Source: a virus
Lineage: Duplodnaviria > Caudoviricetes
Length of the DNA: 27,305 nt
Reading direction: 5' to 3' (one strand)
IMG/VR virus record: IMGVR_UViG_3300020398_000013
Span: 1 to 27,305 of that record
Positions 1 through 9,128 of the stretch are shown here, piece after piece. Made by a program: the position numbers and the translations under genes. The notes beneath the pieces were generated by a model. The model did not search any database. It was given only the letters and a program-made list of their open reading frames with translations, and was not told the origin of the DNA. Each line of letters opens with the position of its first letter. The stretch's first letter is position 1.

Positions 1-96
1 TGGGTAGGAGTGAATAGTCCATCTTGGGGTGATAATACATATACATCTTATGCTTGGATAGATAATAATAAAGTACTCAATACAGAACAGAAATGA
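1..96 (+). CDS. 3' end of an upstream ORF (partial, hypothetical)
   Basis: Frame 1 is open from base 1 (WVGVNSPSWGDNTYTSYAWIDNNKVLNTEQK) to TGA at 94-96, just before the promoter at 116. Confidence 0.45.
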   Translation, partial: WVGVNSPSWGDNTYTSYAWIDNNKVLNTEQK

Positions 97-115
97 AAAA
101 TATTAAAAATAACTC

Positions 116-161
116 TTGACATCCTTTGAAGATTTCTGTATAATATGATCTGTGAGTGAGT
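116..161 (+). promoter_or_regulatory. sigma70-type early promoter plus conserved leader (copy 1)
   Basis: TTGACA (116-121), 17 nt spacer, TATAAT (139-144). Bases 132-161 (atttctgtataatatgatctgtgagtgagt) are identical to 3351-3380. Confidence 0.85.
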
Positions 162-187
162 GAGACACATTAACTGAAAAATATCAA

Positions 188-2659
188 ATGGACCTTAGAG
201 AAACGAAATCGATATTGGCAAAATTGCTTGCTACCGAAAATATCATGGTTGAGCATGGTAATTATCGGACTGCCGCTTTTGACCCTCAAAAACGAGTACT
301 ATATCTCCCAATATTCAAATGGATGGATGGTGATGTTTATGATTTGCTGGTTCTCCATGAAGTTAGTCATGCATTGAATACTCCTGCTGATGGGTGGCAT
401 TCTACTGGTAGTGATAGAGGAAAAGGTTACAAATCATTTCTCAATGTGACTGAAGATGCTCGTATTGAGAAGAAAATTAAAAGAAAATATCCTGGTGCAT
501 CTAAATCTATGATTCTCGGATACCGAGAACTGTTACGACAAGATTTTTTTGGAATTGAACATACTGATGTTGATACATTATCTCTTATTGACCGCATTAA
601 CCTTCATACAAAAGGTGGGGCATCAATGGGAATTGAATTTTCTGAAGAAGAAATGGGTTGGGTTGATGAATTGATGAAACTTGAGACCTTTGATGAAATT
701 GTTGATTTTACAAATCGTCTTTATGATTATTGTGTCGAAAATGAAAGTTCAACTGATAATCAGGATATGACAATGATGTCTGATTCTGATTATTATGAAA
801 ATGATGATGAGGATGAATTTAATGATTATGATAAGAATGGAAATTCTCCTATAGATTGGGATGGAGATGAGGCTGATGATACTGATGGTGATTCAGGTAT
901 GAAAGGTGAATCTATAGACTCCGATGAAGAAGAAGATTCTGATGGGTCTGATTCTGATGGTTCTGAATCTGATAGTGATTCAGAAAATGAAGAATTATCT
1001 GGAAATTCTGAAGAAGATTCTAATATTGAAAATGGAAACGGCTCTTCTGATAAAGTTAAAGATGAGTTTGAAAAAGAAGATGAAAAGTCTGAAAAATATT
1101 CTAGTGAAATTTCTCCAGAACCTACTGAAGGTGGGTATGGTAGTGAAGTTGATAAGGACTCTAAAGTTGGTCCTCGTTCAATTACTGATGAATATTTCCG
1201 TGAAAGGGAACAAGATTTAAATGACATAATTCAGTATGGGGAGGAAGACAAGAAATATATTTATGTCGACCTTCCCAAGCCTATTCTTGATGAAATTATA
1301 TGGGACTATAAAACAGTTCAGAAAGAGTTTGAAGAATTTTATGTAAGTAATGTGAATGCATATGGTGAATCATATGGCAAGGCACGGCTCTCCCGTAGGG
1401 AGGAGTCTTGGGGAGAAGCTCCTAAAGTATTCAAAGAATTCCGTGAGCAAAATAAATCGATTATTGATTATCTTGCAAAGGAATTTGAAATGAAAAAACA
1501 GGCCGATGAGTATAAAAGAACTGCAAGTGCTAATACTGGACTGCTTAATACTTCAAAGTTGTATTCTTACAAATATTCTGATAATCTTTTTAAGAAAATT
1601 GCAACGGTTCAATCTGGTAAGAGTCATGGTTTGGTAATGTTCATTGACTGGTCTGGTTCTATGCAAGGCAATTTGGTTGGAACAATGGAACAGTTAATGA
1701 TTTTAGTTATGTTTTGTAGAAAAGTCCAGATTCCGTATGATGTTTATGCATTTACTGACCGATTATGGATGGGCGGTAAACAAGCAAGAGCCAAAAAGCT
1801 GGGAGAACCTGCAAAACGTGTTGATTCTTGGGACGAAAACCTTGAAAGGAGTCCTTCTTGGGAGAAGGGACCTAATACTTTGATAATGGAAAATAAGTTT
1901 AATTTGATTCAGTTATTTTCAAATAGAATGTCTAATACTGAATTTAATAAAGCATGTTGGAACGCTATTAATATTCGTGACTATTATACTTGCCGTTTCA
2001 AATACAGTGCCTACAATCGTTGTCCTGATATTGCTCCAATGTTTAGTCTTGGTGGGACTCCTTTAAATGCTACAATTGTTGCCGCTCATGATTTGATTCG
2101 GAAATTTAAAAAAGATAATGATGTTCAGATTGTTAATTCAGTATTTTTGACTGACGGAGATTCTCATAGTTGTAATTCTTACTGTGACCGAGATGAGAAA
2201 GAACGACATATTGGAAAACGTGATATGTTGACTATCCGTGACCGTCAATCAAAAACCGAAATTGTAGACGCCAGACGGTCAAGATACCGAAAACAGACTG
2301 AAATGCTTTTTAATTCTCTCCGTAAATCTGTTGGAGTTAATATCATTGGTTTCTTTCTCGTTAATCGTATTGAGCGCCATAGCTTAGGTAATTACTTACC
2401 TTCTGATGGTAACACATCTTATGATGAGTTTAAAACCATGTGGCGTAAAGAAAAATGTATTGTAACTGATATTGATGGTTATGATAATTTATACATAATT
2501 AAAGATGGTGCAGATTTACAAGTTGATGGTGATTCAGAACTTGACAAAGTTAGTGCTGGAGCAACAAAGTCTGTGATCCGTACAGCCTTTAAGAAAATGA
2601 ATCGTAAAAAATTAAAAAATCGTGTGGTTCTTAATAAATTTGTTGAACTAATATCATAA
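188..2659 (+). CDS. CobT-like protein: N-terminal HEXXH metallopeptidase-like domain, acidic linker, C-terminal VWA domain
   Basis: LLVLHEVSH (HEXXH) and NVTEDARIE. D/E/S-rich low-complexity linker at about aa 190-330. VWA MIDAS motifs FIDWSGS, LGGTPL and FLTDG. A CobS-like ATPase lies nearby, as in T4-like marine phages. Confidence 0.8.
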   Translation: MDLRETKSILAKLLATENIMVEHGNYRTAAFDPQKRVLYLPIFKWMDGDVYDLLVLHEVSHALNTPADGWHSTGSDRGKGYKSFLNVTEDARIEKKIKRKYPGASKSMILGYRELLRQDFFGIEHTDVDTLSLIDRINLHTKGGASMGIEFSEEEMGWVDELMKLETFDEIVDFTNRLYDYCVENESSTDNQDMTMMSDSDYYENDDEDEFNDYDKNGNSPIDWDGDEADDTDGDSGMKGESIDSDEEEDSDGSDSDGSESDSDSENEELSGNSEEDSNIENGNGSSDKVKDEFEKEDEKSEKYSSEISPEPTEGGYGSEVDKDSKVGPRSITDEYFREREQDLNDIIQYGEEDKKYIYVDLPKPILDEIIWDYKTVQKEFEEFYVSNVNAYGESYGKARLSRREESWGEAPKVFKEFREQNKSIIDYLAKEFEMKKQADEYKRTASANTGLLNTSKLYSYKYSDNLFKKIATVQSGKSHGLVMFIDWSGSMQGNLVGTMEQLMILVMFCRKVQIPYDVYAFTDRLWMGGKQARAKKLGEPAKRVDSWDENLERSPSWEKGPNTLIMENKFNLIQLFSNRMSNTEFNKACWNAINIRDYYTCRFKYSAYNRCPDIAPMFSLGGTPLNATIVAAHDLIRKFKKDNDVQIVNSVFLTDGDSHSCNSYCDRDEKERHIGKRDMLTIRDRQSKTEIVDARRSRYRKQTEMLFNSLRKSVGVNIIGFFLVNRIERHSLGNYLPSDGNTSYDEFKTMWRKEKCIVTDIDGYDNLYIIKDGADLQVDGDSELDKVSAGATKSVIRTAFKKMNRKKLKNRVVLNKFVELIS

Positions 2660-2871
2660 TGGAATCACACTTAAAAAAGAAAACAGTTAAAATAATAGAC
2701 CCACCTAGTGGATGGAAATATGGGTTTCCAAAAGTATTGCCAGATGATGTAACTGATATTGAAAAATGGTTAATAGAGAATGGATATCCCCAAACTGAAA
2801 TAGATGCCTGTGGTGAACATTTTTGGTGCAGATATTGGATGGAGGAAGATGAAAGCAATTCTAGAATTTAA
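2659..2871 (+). CDS. hypothetical protein
   Basis: ATG overlaps the upstream stop (TAATG); 70 aa containing IDPPSGWKYGFPK. Confidence 0.7.
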   Translation: MESHLKKKTVKIIDPPSGWKYGFPKVLPDDVTDIEKWLIENGYPQTEIDACGEHFWCRYWMEEDESNSRI

Positions 2872-3073
2872 TTTACCAAAAGATGAAGGGCAATATCATA
2901 CCGCTAATAAAGGTATGGATTGGGCTTTACTTGTTTGGGATATAGACCAAGTATGTCGAGATTGGATTAAATATGATAGTCATAAATTTAAAACAGTTGA
3001 AGATACTTTAGAAGCTATAAGAACAATGATTTATGATAAAATGGAAGATGGTGAATTGCATTTTCCGCCATGA
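2849..3073 (+). CDS. hypothetical protein
   Basis: GGAGGA Shine-Dalgarno (SD) at 2841-2846 favours ATG 2849 (MKAILEFNLP...) over the track start at 2804, although the spacing is short. Confidence 0.7.
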   Translation: MKAILEFNLPKDEGQYHTANKGMDWALLVWDIDQVCRDWIKYDSHKFKTVEDTLEAIRTMIYDKMEDGELHFPP

Positions 3074-3107
3074 GGAATTACACTATAAAATATTATAAGG
3101 AGAATAA

Positions 3108-3314
3108 ATGCCTAATCATTATGCAGAAGAATATGCAAAGTATGATAATATAAAAAACCAACAAGAAACGAGAAGACATAGAGAAAATATTCAACTTAAT
3201 TTATTTTCAGAAAAGGAATGGGGGGATATTTTATTTCAAAAAGAAATGAAAATAAGAGATATTTCTGATTCTATGATTAAATCTTGGGACCGGCAGTTTC
3301 CGGAAACTGATTGA
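3108..3314 (+). CDS. hypothetical protein
   Basis: AAGGAG SD upstream of the ATG; 68 aa filling the gap before the next promoter. Confidence 0.65.
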   Translation: MPNHYAEEYAKYDNIKNQQETRRHRENIQLNLFSEKEWGDILFQKEMKIRDISDSMIKSWDRQFPETD

Positions 3315-3334
3315 CTAGAAAAGAAAAAAAACAC

Positions 3335-3380
3335 TTGACAATGATGAATAATTTCTGTATAATATGATCTGTGAGTGAGT
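3335..3380 (+). promoter_or_regulatory. sigma70-type early promoter plus conserved leader (copy 2)
   Basis: TTGACA (3335-3340), 17 nt, TATAAT (3358-3363), with an A-tract UP-like element upstream. 30 nt are identical to copy 1. Confidence 0.85.
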
Positions 3381-3415
3381 AATGCAACTTTATAACCCTT
3401 TCGTAATGAGGATAT

Positions 3416-4645
3416 ATGACATATGCAAACTTGACTGAAAAACAGAAACAGTTTGTTGACTTGGCAATTTCTGAAGGACATACTGAAGAGATTACTACAA
3501 AGGACATTAAAGAATTGCAAACCAAGTATAATAATACTTTGTCCGTACAGTGGTTGCAAAAGGATGATACTTTGAGAATGTCACGTGGTGTGTATCGCCT
3601 TCCTAAAGTGGCTGCTAATGGTTCAGTTGTAATGTGTGAAAGTACCTTCAATCCTGTGGCCGCAGAACCTACTATGGTTGCTACAAAAATTGATGATAAG
3701 GTCACTAAGATTGAACCTTCGGTTCCTGTATCTATTACCAATACTGAAGATGTTAGTTTTGTTCCTGAAAATGATTTGACATTTGTTCCGTTCGGTCAAT
3801 TTAAAGATATTCATAGCATTATTAAATCCAAGTTGTTTTATACTGGATTTATTACTGGTCTTTCTGGTAATGGAAAAACCTTTTTGGTAGAACAATCTTG
3901 TGCCAAAGCTAAACGTGAATTGTTCCGAGTGAATATTACAATTGAAACTGATGAAGATGACCTTCTTGGTCACTACGTTTTAATTAACGGTCAAACCGTC
4001 TGGCAAGATGGTCCTGTAATTCAAGCAATGGACCGTGGTGCAGTTCTGCTTCTTGATGAGGTCGACCTTGCATCAAATAAGATAATGTGTTTGCAACCAG
4101 TACTTGAGGGTAAAGGTGTTTATGTCAAAAAAATAAATCGTTTTGTCAAACCCAAGATTGGTTTTAATGTGATTGCTACCGCAAATACCAAAGGAAAAGG
4201 TTCTGATGATGGCCGATACATTGGCACTAACATCCTCAATGAGGCATTCCTTGAAAGATTTGCGATTACCATAGAGCAAGAGTATCCTACTCCTTCTATT
4301 GAGAAAAAGATACTCATTGGTATTATGCAATCACTTGGTTGTCTTGATGATGGATTTGCTCAAAAACTTGTTGATTGGGCAGATATCATCCGTAAGACAT
4401 ATTATGATGGTGGAATTGATGAAATTATTGCCACAAGGCGTCTTGTTCATATCGTAAATGCATTTAAGATTTTCGGTGACCGAATGAAGGCAATACAACT
4501 TTGTGTTAATCGTTTTGATGATGAAACCAAACAGGCGTTTCTTGACTTATACACTAAAGTTGATGGTGAAGTTGATAAACCTTCAGAAGAGTCTTCCGAA
4601 GGAGGTGGAAGTGAAGATGATTCTGACGACTTAACACCTTTTTAA
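3416..4645 (+). CDS. cobS: CobS/MoxR-like AAA+ ATPase
   Basis: Walker A GLSGNGKT, Walker B LLLDEVD, ATANTKGKG, NEAFLERF, IATRRLVHI; GAGG SD. Resembles the cobS-like gene of T4-like marine phages. Confidence 0.88.
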   Translation: MTYANLTEKQKQFVDLAISEGHTEEITTKDIKELQTKYNNTLSVQWLQKDDTLRMSRGVYRLPKVAANGSVVMCESTFNPVAAEPTMVATKIDDKVTKIEPSVPVSITNTEDVSFVPENDLTFVPFGQFKDIHSIIKSKLFYTGFITGLSGNGKTFLVEQSCAKAKRELFRVNITIETDEDDLLGHYVLINGQTVWQDGPVIQAMDRGAVLLLDEVDLASNKIMCLQPVLEGKGVYVKKINRFVKPKIGFNVIATANTKGKGSDDGRYIGTNILNEAFLERFAITIEQEYPTPSIEKKILIGIMQSLGCLDDGFAQKLVDWADIIRKTYYDGGIDEIIATRRLVHIVNAFKIFGDRMKAIQLCVNRFDDETKQAFLDLYTKVDGEVDKPSEESSEGGGSEDDSDDLTPF

Positions 4646-4658
4646 TTGACATATAAAT

Positions 4659-4692
4659 AAAATAGGAGTCCTTAATAGGACTCCTATTTTTG
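4659..4692 (+). terminator. intrinsic terminator, potentially bidirectional
   Basis: Perfect 14-bp inverted repeat aaaataggagtcct-taat-aggactcctatttt directly after the ATPase stop, with A and T tracts on either side. Confidence 0.85.
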
Positions 4693-4711
4693 TATTTACT
4701 TGTGAGAAATT

Positions 4712-4969
4712 ATGAATATAGAATTAAACGGAAATGTGATTGTCCGACATAAATCAGTGCCAGATTGCGAGTGGTGCGATAAAGCAAAAGCATTATTGGA
4801 TGAGAAAAACCTGCCTTATGCAGTTGTTGACTCCGATAAATGGTTTTTTGGAGCATTGATGAAAGCAACTAAATCTAAAAAAGTTCCTCAAATTATTATG
4901 AAAGGTAAATTTGTGGGAGATTATTATGGATTAGTAGAACATTTAAAGGAGAAGAATGAGAGTTCCTAA
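4712..4969 (+). CDS. glutaredoxin
   Basis: CEWC active site, KVPQI cis-Pro motif, GKFVGDY; 85 aa. Confidence 0.85.
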   Translation: MNIELNGNVIVRHKSVPDCEWCDKAKALLDEKNLPYAVVDSDKWFFGALMKATKSKKVPQIIMKGKFVGDYYGLVEHLKEKNESS

Positions 4970-5561
4970 TATAAGCTGGAAGATTCGTAAAGGTCCCGAT
5001 TGGTGGGATGAATCTGCTGAAGATTATTTTAAAGGTAAGCGTGTACTGATAGTTTCGTTGCCAGGTGCATTTACACCTACTTGTAGTACACAACAACTTC
5101 CAAATTTGGAAGAATTGTATGACCAGTATAAAGAATATGGAATTGATGAAGTATATTGTCTTTCAGTAAATGATTCATTTGTAATAAATGCTTGGGCAGA
5201 AAGTTTGAAAATTGAAAAAGTTCAAATGATTCCTGATGGGAGTGGTGAATTTACTAGAGATATGGATATGTTAGTATGGAAACCAGGACAAAATTTTGGA
5301 TATCGAAGTTGGAGATATGCCATGATAGTTGATGATATGGAAGTAGAAAAAATGTTTGTGGAAGAAGGTAAAAATCAAACGGGACATGATAATGACCCTT
5401 ATAAGGTTACAATTCCAGAAAATATCTTAACATATTTAAAAGTTTTAAATCCTAAAATTGTACCAATACCTACTGTTACAGTATCTGAAACGACTAATGA
5501 AGACCCTTCCAGTCTTACTAGAGGACGTACAAGTGCAGATAATATTGCAGGCCCATATTAA
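4956..5561 (+). CDS. peroxiredoxin (Prx5/redoxin family)
   Basis: SLPGAFTPTCS, VYCLSVNDSFV, IPDGSGEFT, FGYRSWRYAMIVDD; AGGAG SD inside the glutaredoxin 3' end. Confidence 0.92.
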   Translation: MRVPNISWKIRKGPDWWDESAEDYFKGKRVLIVSLPGAFTPTCSTQQLPNLEELYDQYKEYGIDEVYCLSVNDSFVINAWAESLKIEKVQMIPDGSGEFTRDMDMLVWKPGQNFGYRSWRYAMIVDDMEVEKMFVEEGKNQTGHDNDPYKVTIPENILTYLKVLNPKIVPIPTVTVSETTNEDPSSLTRGRTSADNIAGPY

Positions 5562-5569
5562 GGAGACAA

Positions 5570-6565
5570 GTGCATATTGAAGTACAAGCAAGTGATTTGC
5601 AAAAGAAAAAAATATTTGTAGCAACCCCAATGTTTGCTGGACAGTGTGCTGGAATGTATACGAAAGCCTGTATTGACTTGGCTACTATGTGTGCAAATTA
5701 TGGTGTTGAATGTAGATTCTTTTTTATATTTAATGAATCTTTGATTACACGAGCAAGAAATTATCTAGTAGATGAATTTTTGAGAGCCGAAGAATTTACA
5801 CATTTAATGTTTATTGATGCGGATATTAATTTTAATCCGAAGGATGTACTTTCACTTGCGGTACTTTGCAATGATGAACGACCTATTATTGGAGGTCCTT
5901 ATGGTAAAAAATGTATTGCATGGGAACGAATAAGAACCGCAGTTGATGTAGGTATTGCAGATGAAGACCCAAATGAATTATCGAATTTTACAGGAGATTT
6001 TGTTTTTAATCCAGTACAAGGAACAAAAGAATTGCAAATTAATGAGCCTGTAGAAGTTTTAGAAATAGGAACTGGTTTTTTTATGGCCCAAAGGGGAGTT
6101 TTTTCAAAATGGAAAAATGCATACCCTCAATTTCATTATAAACCAGACCATAATCGGTCAGAACATTTTACTGGAGACAGATATATTCATGCATATTTTG
6201 ATACTGTAATTGATAATGAAAAATATATGCCAATGGGGGCTACTAATTCGTCTGATAGATATTTGTCTGAAGATTATGCATTTTGCCAATTGGCGAGACA
6301 TATTGGAATAAAAATATATCTTTGTCCTTGGATGAAATTGGGTCATATTGGAACTTATGTCTTTGATGGTTCAATGGCGGACCTTGGTAGAATAGATACT
6401 ACAAATACTTGGGCAGCAAACAATTTAAAAAAAGCAGAGGATATTAGACAAGAAAGAAAAACAATTATTGAAAATGCTAAAGCGGTTGAAGAAATTGAGA
6501 ATATTCAACAAAAAAGTGAATCGAGAAAAGAGAGGAGGACTAAATTAAAAAAGAAGAAAAGTTGA
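5570..6565 (+). CDS. GT-A fold glycosyltransferase-like protein
   Basis: GTG start after AAGGAG. IFVATPMF, ESLITRARN, FIDADI (DxD), IGTGF and YLSEDYAFC are GT2-like motifs; Lys-rich tail. Confidence 0.65.
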   Translation: MHIEVQASDLQKKKIFVATPMFAGQCAGMYTKACIDLATMCANYGVECRFFFIFNESLITRARNYLVDEFLRAEEFTHLMFIDADINFNPKDVLSLAVLCNDERPIIGGPYGKKCIAWERIRTAVDVGIADEDPNELSNFTGDFVFNPVQGTKELQINEPVEVLEIGTGFFMAQRGVFSKWKNAYPQFHYKPDHNRSEHFTGDRYIHAYFDTVIDNEKYMPMGATNSSDRYLSEDYAFCQLARHIGIKIYLCPWMKLGHIGTYVFDGSMADLGRIDTTNTWAANNLKKAEDIRQERKTIIENAKAVEEIENIQQKSESRKERRTKLKKKKS

Positions 6566-6590
6566 CTAATATAAAATATGATGTTATACT
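6562..6590 (+). promoter_or_regulatory. sigma70-type promoter for the gp45-gp44-gp62-regA operon
   Basis: TTGACT (6562-6567), 17 nt, TATACT (6585-6590) with a TGn extended -10. Confidence 0.7.
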
Positions 6591-6628
6591 ATTATAATAT
6601 AATATACTAATCTAAAATATGGAGTAAT

Positions 6629-7324
6629 ATGAAGTTAAGTGAAGAAACATTGTCTGTACTTAAAAATTTTTCTGCTATTAATAATGGCATTTATTTTGAA
6701 CAAGGACGCACAATTAAAACAGTATCTCCACAAAAATCTATACTAGTGGATGCAACTGTAGAAGAGGAATTTCCTACAGATTTTGGTATTTATGACCTTA
6801 ATAAATTACTTGGGGCACATTCATTGTTTGAAAAAAATCCTGAAGTAACATTTGATGAAAAACAGTTGACGATTTCTAGTGGAAATACTACCGCTGAAGC
6901 TACTTTATCGCAGGTGATTTATTCTTATTGTGATGCTAGTTTGGTAGTTCGCCCACCTAATAAAGAGGTAGCGTTACCTTCGGTTGATGTATCATTTAAT
7001 ATGTCTACCACAGTATATGATGCAGTTGTAAAAGCCGCTATGGTTCTCCAAGTTCCAGAAATTGCAGTGATTGGTGATGGTTCAAAAATGAAACTTGTTG
7101 CTTATGAAAGTAAGAATGCAATGAGTGATCAATATAATATTTGTGTTGTTGGTGAAACTGATAAGACTTTTTCTATGATATTCAAGGTAGAAAATTTCAG
7201 TAAATTAATGAGTAAAAATTATATTGTATCAATTTCTGCTCATGGACTCTCTAAATTTGAATCTGATGATGGTAAACTTACTTATCATGTAGCAATTGAG
7301 CCGAATTCAAACTTTGAAGAGTAA
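6629..7324 (+). CDS. gp45: sliding clamp (T4 gp45-like)
   Basis: MKLSEETLSVLKNFSAIN and FGIYDLNKLL are typical gp45 signatures; it precedes gp44 and gp62. Confidence 0.93.
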   Translation: MKLSEETLSVLKNFSAINNGIYFEQGRTIKTVSPQKSILVDATVEEEFPTDFGIYDLNKLLGAHSLFEKNPEVTFDEKQLTISSGNTTAEATLSQVIYSYCDASLVVRPPNKEVALPSVDVSFNMSTTVYDAVVKAAMVLQVPEIAVIGDGSKMKLVAYESKNAMSDQYNICVVGETDKTFSMIFKVENFSKLMSKNYIVSISAHGLSKFESDDGKLTYHVAIEPNSNFEE

Positions 7325-7357
7325 TCTCTTTTTTTGTATTAATAATGAAATAATATT

Positions 7358-8302
7358 ATGCAACACCGTGAATCGTTTGTGTGGTGCGAAAAGTACCGCC
7401 CAAAAACAATAAGTGAATGTATCCTACCAGAACACATTAAACAAATATTTGAAGGCACAAAAAAACAAGGCCGTATTCCTAATCTTATATTGAATGGTGG
7501 TCCTGGTACTGGTAAAACTACTATTGCAAAAGCACTTTGTAATGAAGTTGGGTGTGACTATCTGTTTATTAATGGTTCTGAAGAATCAGGCATTGATGTG
7601 TTGCGGACAAAAATTCGTGGCTATGCATCCACTATGAGTTTCGATGGTGGACCTAAAGTTGTCATACTTGATGAAGCAGATTATCTTAATCCTCAAAGCA
7701 CTCAACCTGCTTTGAGGGCATTTATAGAAGAATTTGAGAAACATTGTACATTTATATTTACTTGTAATTATGCAAATCGTATAATATCACCTCTACATTC
7801 AAGATGTCAATTTATTGAATTTAAAATAGGTAATGTTGAGAAACCTGCTATGGCAGGGGCTTTTATGAAACGTATAGAATATATATTAAATACGGAGAAA
7901 ATTGAGTACGATAAAAAGGTAGTTGCTGAAGTTATTATGAAACATTTTCCAGATAATCGGAGAGTCTTAAATGAACTTCAAAAATATTCGTCATCTGGTA
8001 AAATTGATTTAGGTATTCTTTCACAAGTAGCTGAAGTTAATTTGAAAGAATTAATGTGGGCATTGAAAGAAAAAAAATTCAATGAAGTGCGTAAGTGGGT
8101 AGTGGATAATGTAGATAATGACCCTCAAAAAATATTTCGTAAAATATATGATGTTGCATCTGAGTATGTCCAACAATCTTCAATTCCGCAATTAATATTA
8201 ATATTAGCAGATTACCAATATAAATCTGCATTTGTAGCAGATCAAGAATTAAATTTAGTGGCTTGTCTTACAGAGGTAATGGTAGAATGTCAATTTAATT
8301 AG
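7358..8302 (+). CDS. gp44: clamp loader large subunit (T4 gp44-like)
   Basis: WCEKYRPKTI, GGPGTGKTT, VILDEADYL, SPLHSRC (RFC SRC motif). Confidence 0.95.
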   Translation: MQHRESFVWCEKYRPKTISECILPEHIKQIFEGTKKQGRIPNLILNGGPGTGKTTIAKALCNEVGCDYLFINGSEESGIDVLRTKIRGYASTMSFDGGPKVVILDEADYLNPQSTQPALRAFIEEFEKHCTFIFTCNYANRIISPLHSRCQFIEFKIGNVEKPAMAGAFMKRIEYILNTEKIEYDKKVVAEVIMKHFPDNRRVLNELQKYSSSGKIDLGILSQVAEVNLKELMWALKEKKFNEVRKWVVDNVDNDPQKIFRKIYDVASEYVQQSSIPQLILILADYQYKSAFVADQELNLVACLTEVMVECQFN

Positions 8303-8308
8303 GATAAT

Positions 8309-8704
8309 ATGACTCCTTTTGATTTTTTAAATGAAATAACTTATGGTAAAAAAGACCTGATGGTTGATGATATTGAACATCAGGTTGAAAAACAATATAA
8401 TCCTTTTATTGTTAATCGCGGCCTTTCATATTTTTATGATACAGTCATTTATGCAAATGATATGAATACTCGGCATCATCTTGATAAAAAACTGCAAAAT
8501 ACGTATCTACTAAATATTATAAGGAAGAAAAAACGATATTCAAAATGGTATAAATCAGAGAAATCTGAATTGCTTGAAATCGTTATGGAGTATTATGGCT
8601 ATAGTATTAAAAAATCAAAAGAAATATTTCCCTTATTGACCTCTGAAAATATAGAGACCATGAAACAGGTGTTAGATAAGGGTGGGATGAAAGGATTGAA
8701 ATGA
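8309..8704 (+). CDS. gp62: clamp loader small subunit (T4 gp62-like)
   Basis: YNPFIVNRGLS, IRKKKRYSKW, VMEYYGYS; lies between gp44 and regA. Confidence 0.9.
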   Translation: MTPFDFLNEITYGKKDLMVDDIEHQVEKQYNPFIVNRGLSYFYDTVIYANDMNTRHHLDKKLQNTYLLNIIRKKKRYSKWYKSEKSELLEIVMEYYGYSIKKSKEIFPLLTSENIETMKQVLDKGGMKGLK

Positions 8705-9099
8705 CTTATGGTATTGAACAAATGATAGAGGTCACAATCAAGGAATCAGATGATTTCCTTAAAATCAAAGAAACGCTAACTCGTATTGGTGTTGCTTCAC
8801 GTAAAGACCAGACCCTTTATCAATCTTGTCACATATTACATAAACAACAAAAATATTATATTGTTCATTTTAAGGAATTATTTGCACTTGATGGGAAATC
8901 TACTAATTTTTCAGAGAATGATGTAGCAAGAAGAAATACAATTACAAATCTTTTAGCAGAGTGGGAATTACTTACAATAGTAGATCCAGAAAAAACAAAA
9001 GACCTTGTTGTATCTTTAAATCAATTAAAAATCTTATCATTTTCAGAAAAAGAAGAGTGGACACTTATTCCTAAATATAATATTGGTAAAAAATCATAA
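8701..9099 (+). CDS. regA: translational repressor RegA
   Basis: DDFLKIKETLTRIGVAS and LYQSCHILHKQQKYYIVHFKELFALDG are hallmark RegA sequence. Confidence 0.96.
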   Translation: MTYGIEQMIEVTIKESDDFLKIKETLTRIGVASRKDQTLYQSCHILHKQQKYYIVHFKELFALDGKSTNFSENDVARRNTITNLLAEWELLTIVDPEKTKDLVVSLNQLKILSFSEKEEWTLIPKYNIGKKS

Positions 9100-9128
9100 T
9101 AGGTGATAATATACATAATTGGAGTACC

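Noticed and set aside
826-1227. Minus-strand Ser-rich 133-aa ORF and the overlapping + frame ORF 924-1220
   Set aside because: Shadow frames of the acidic low-complexity linker of ORF 188-2659; no SD or motifs.
3416-4645. cobS as evidence for cobalamin biosynthesis
   Set aside because: No CobN or other cob genes are present; the name reflects AAA+ family similarity only.
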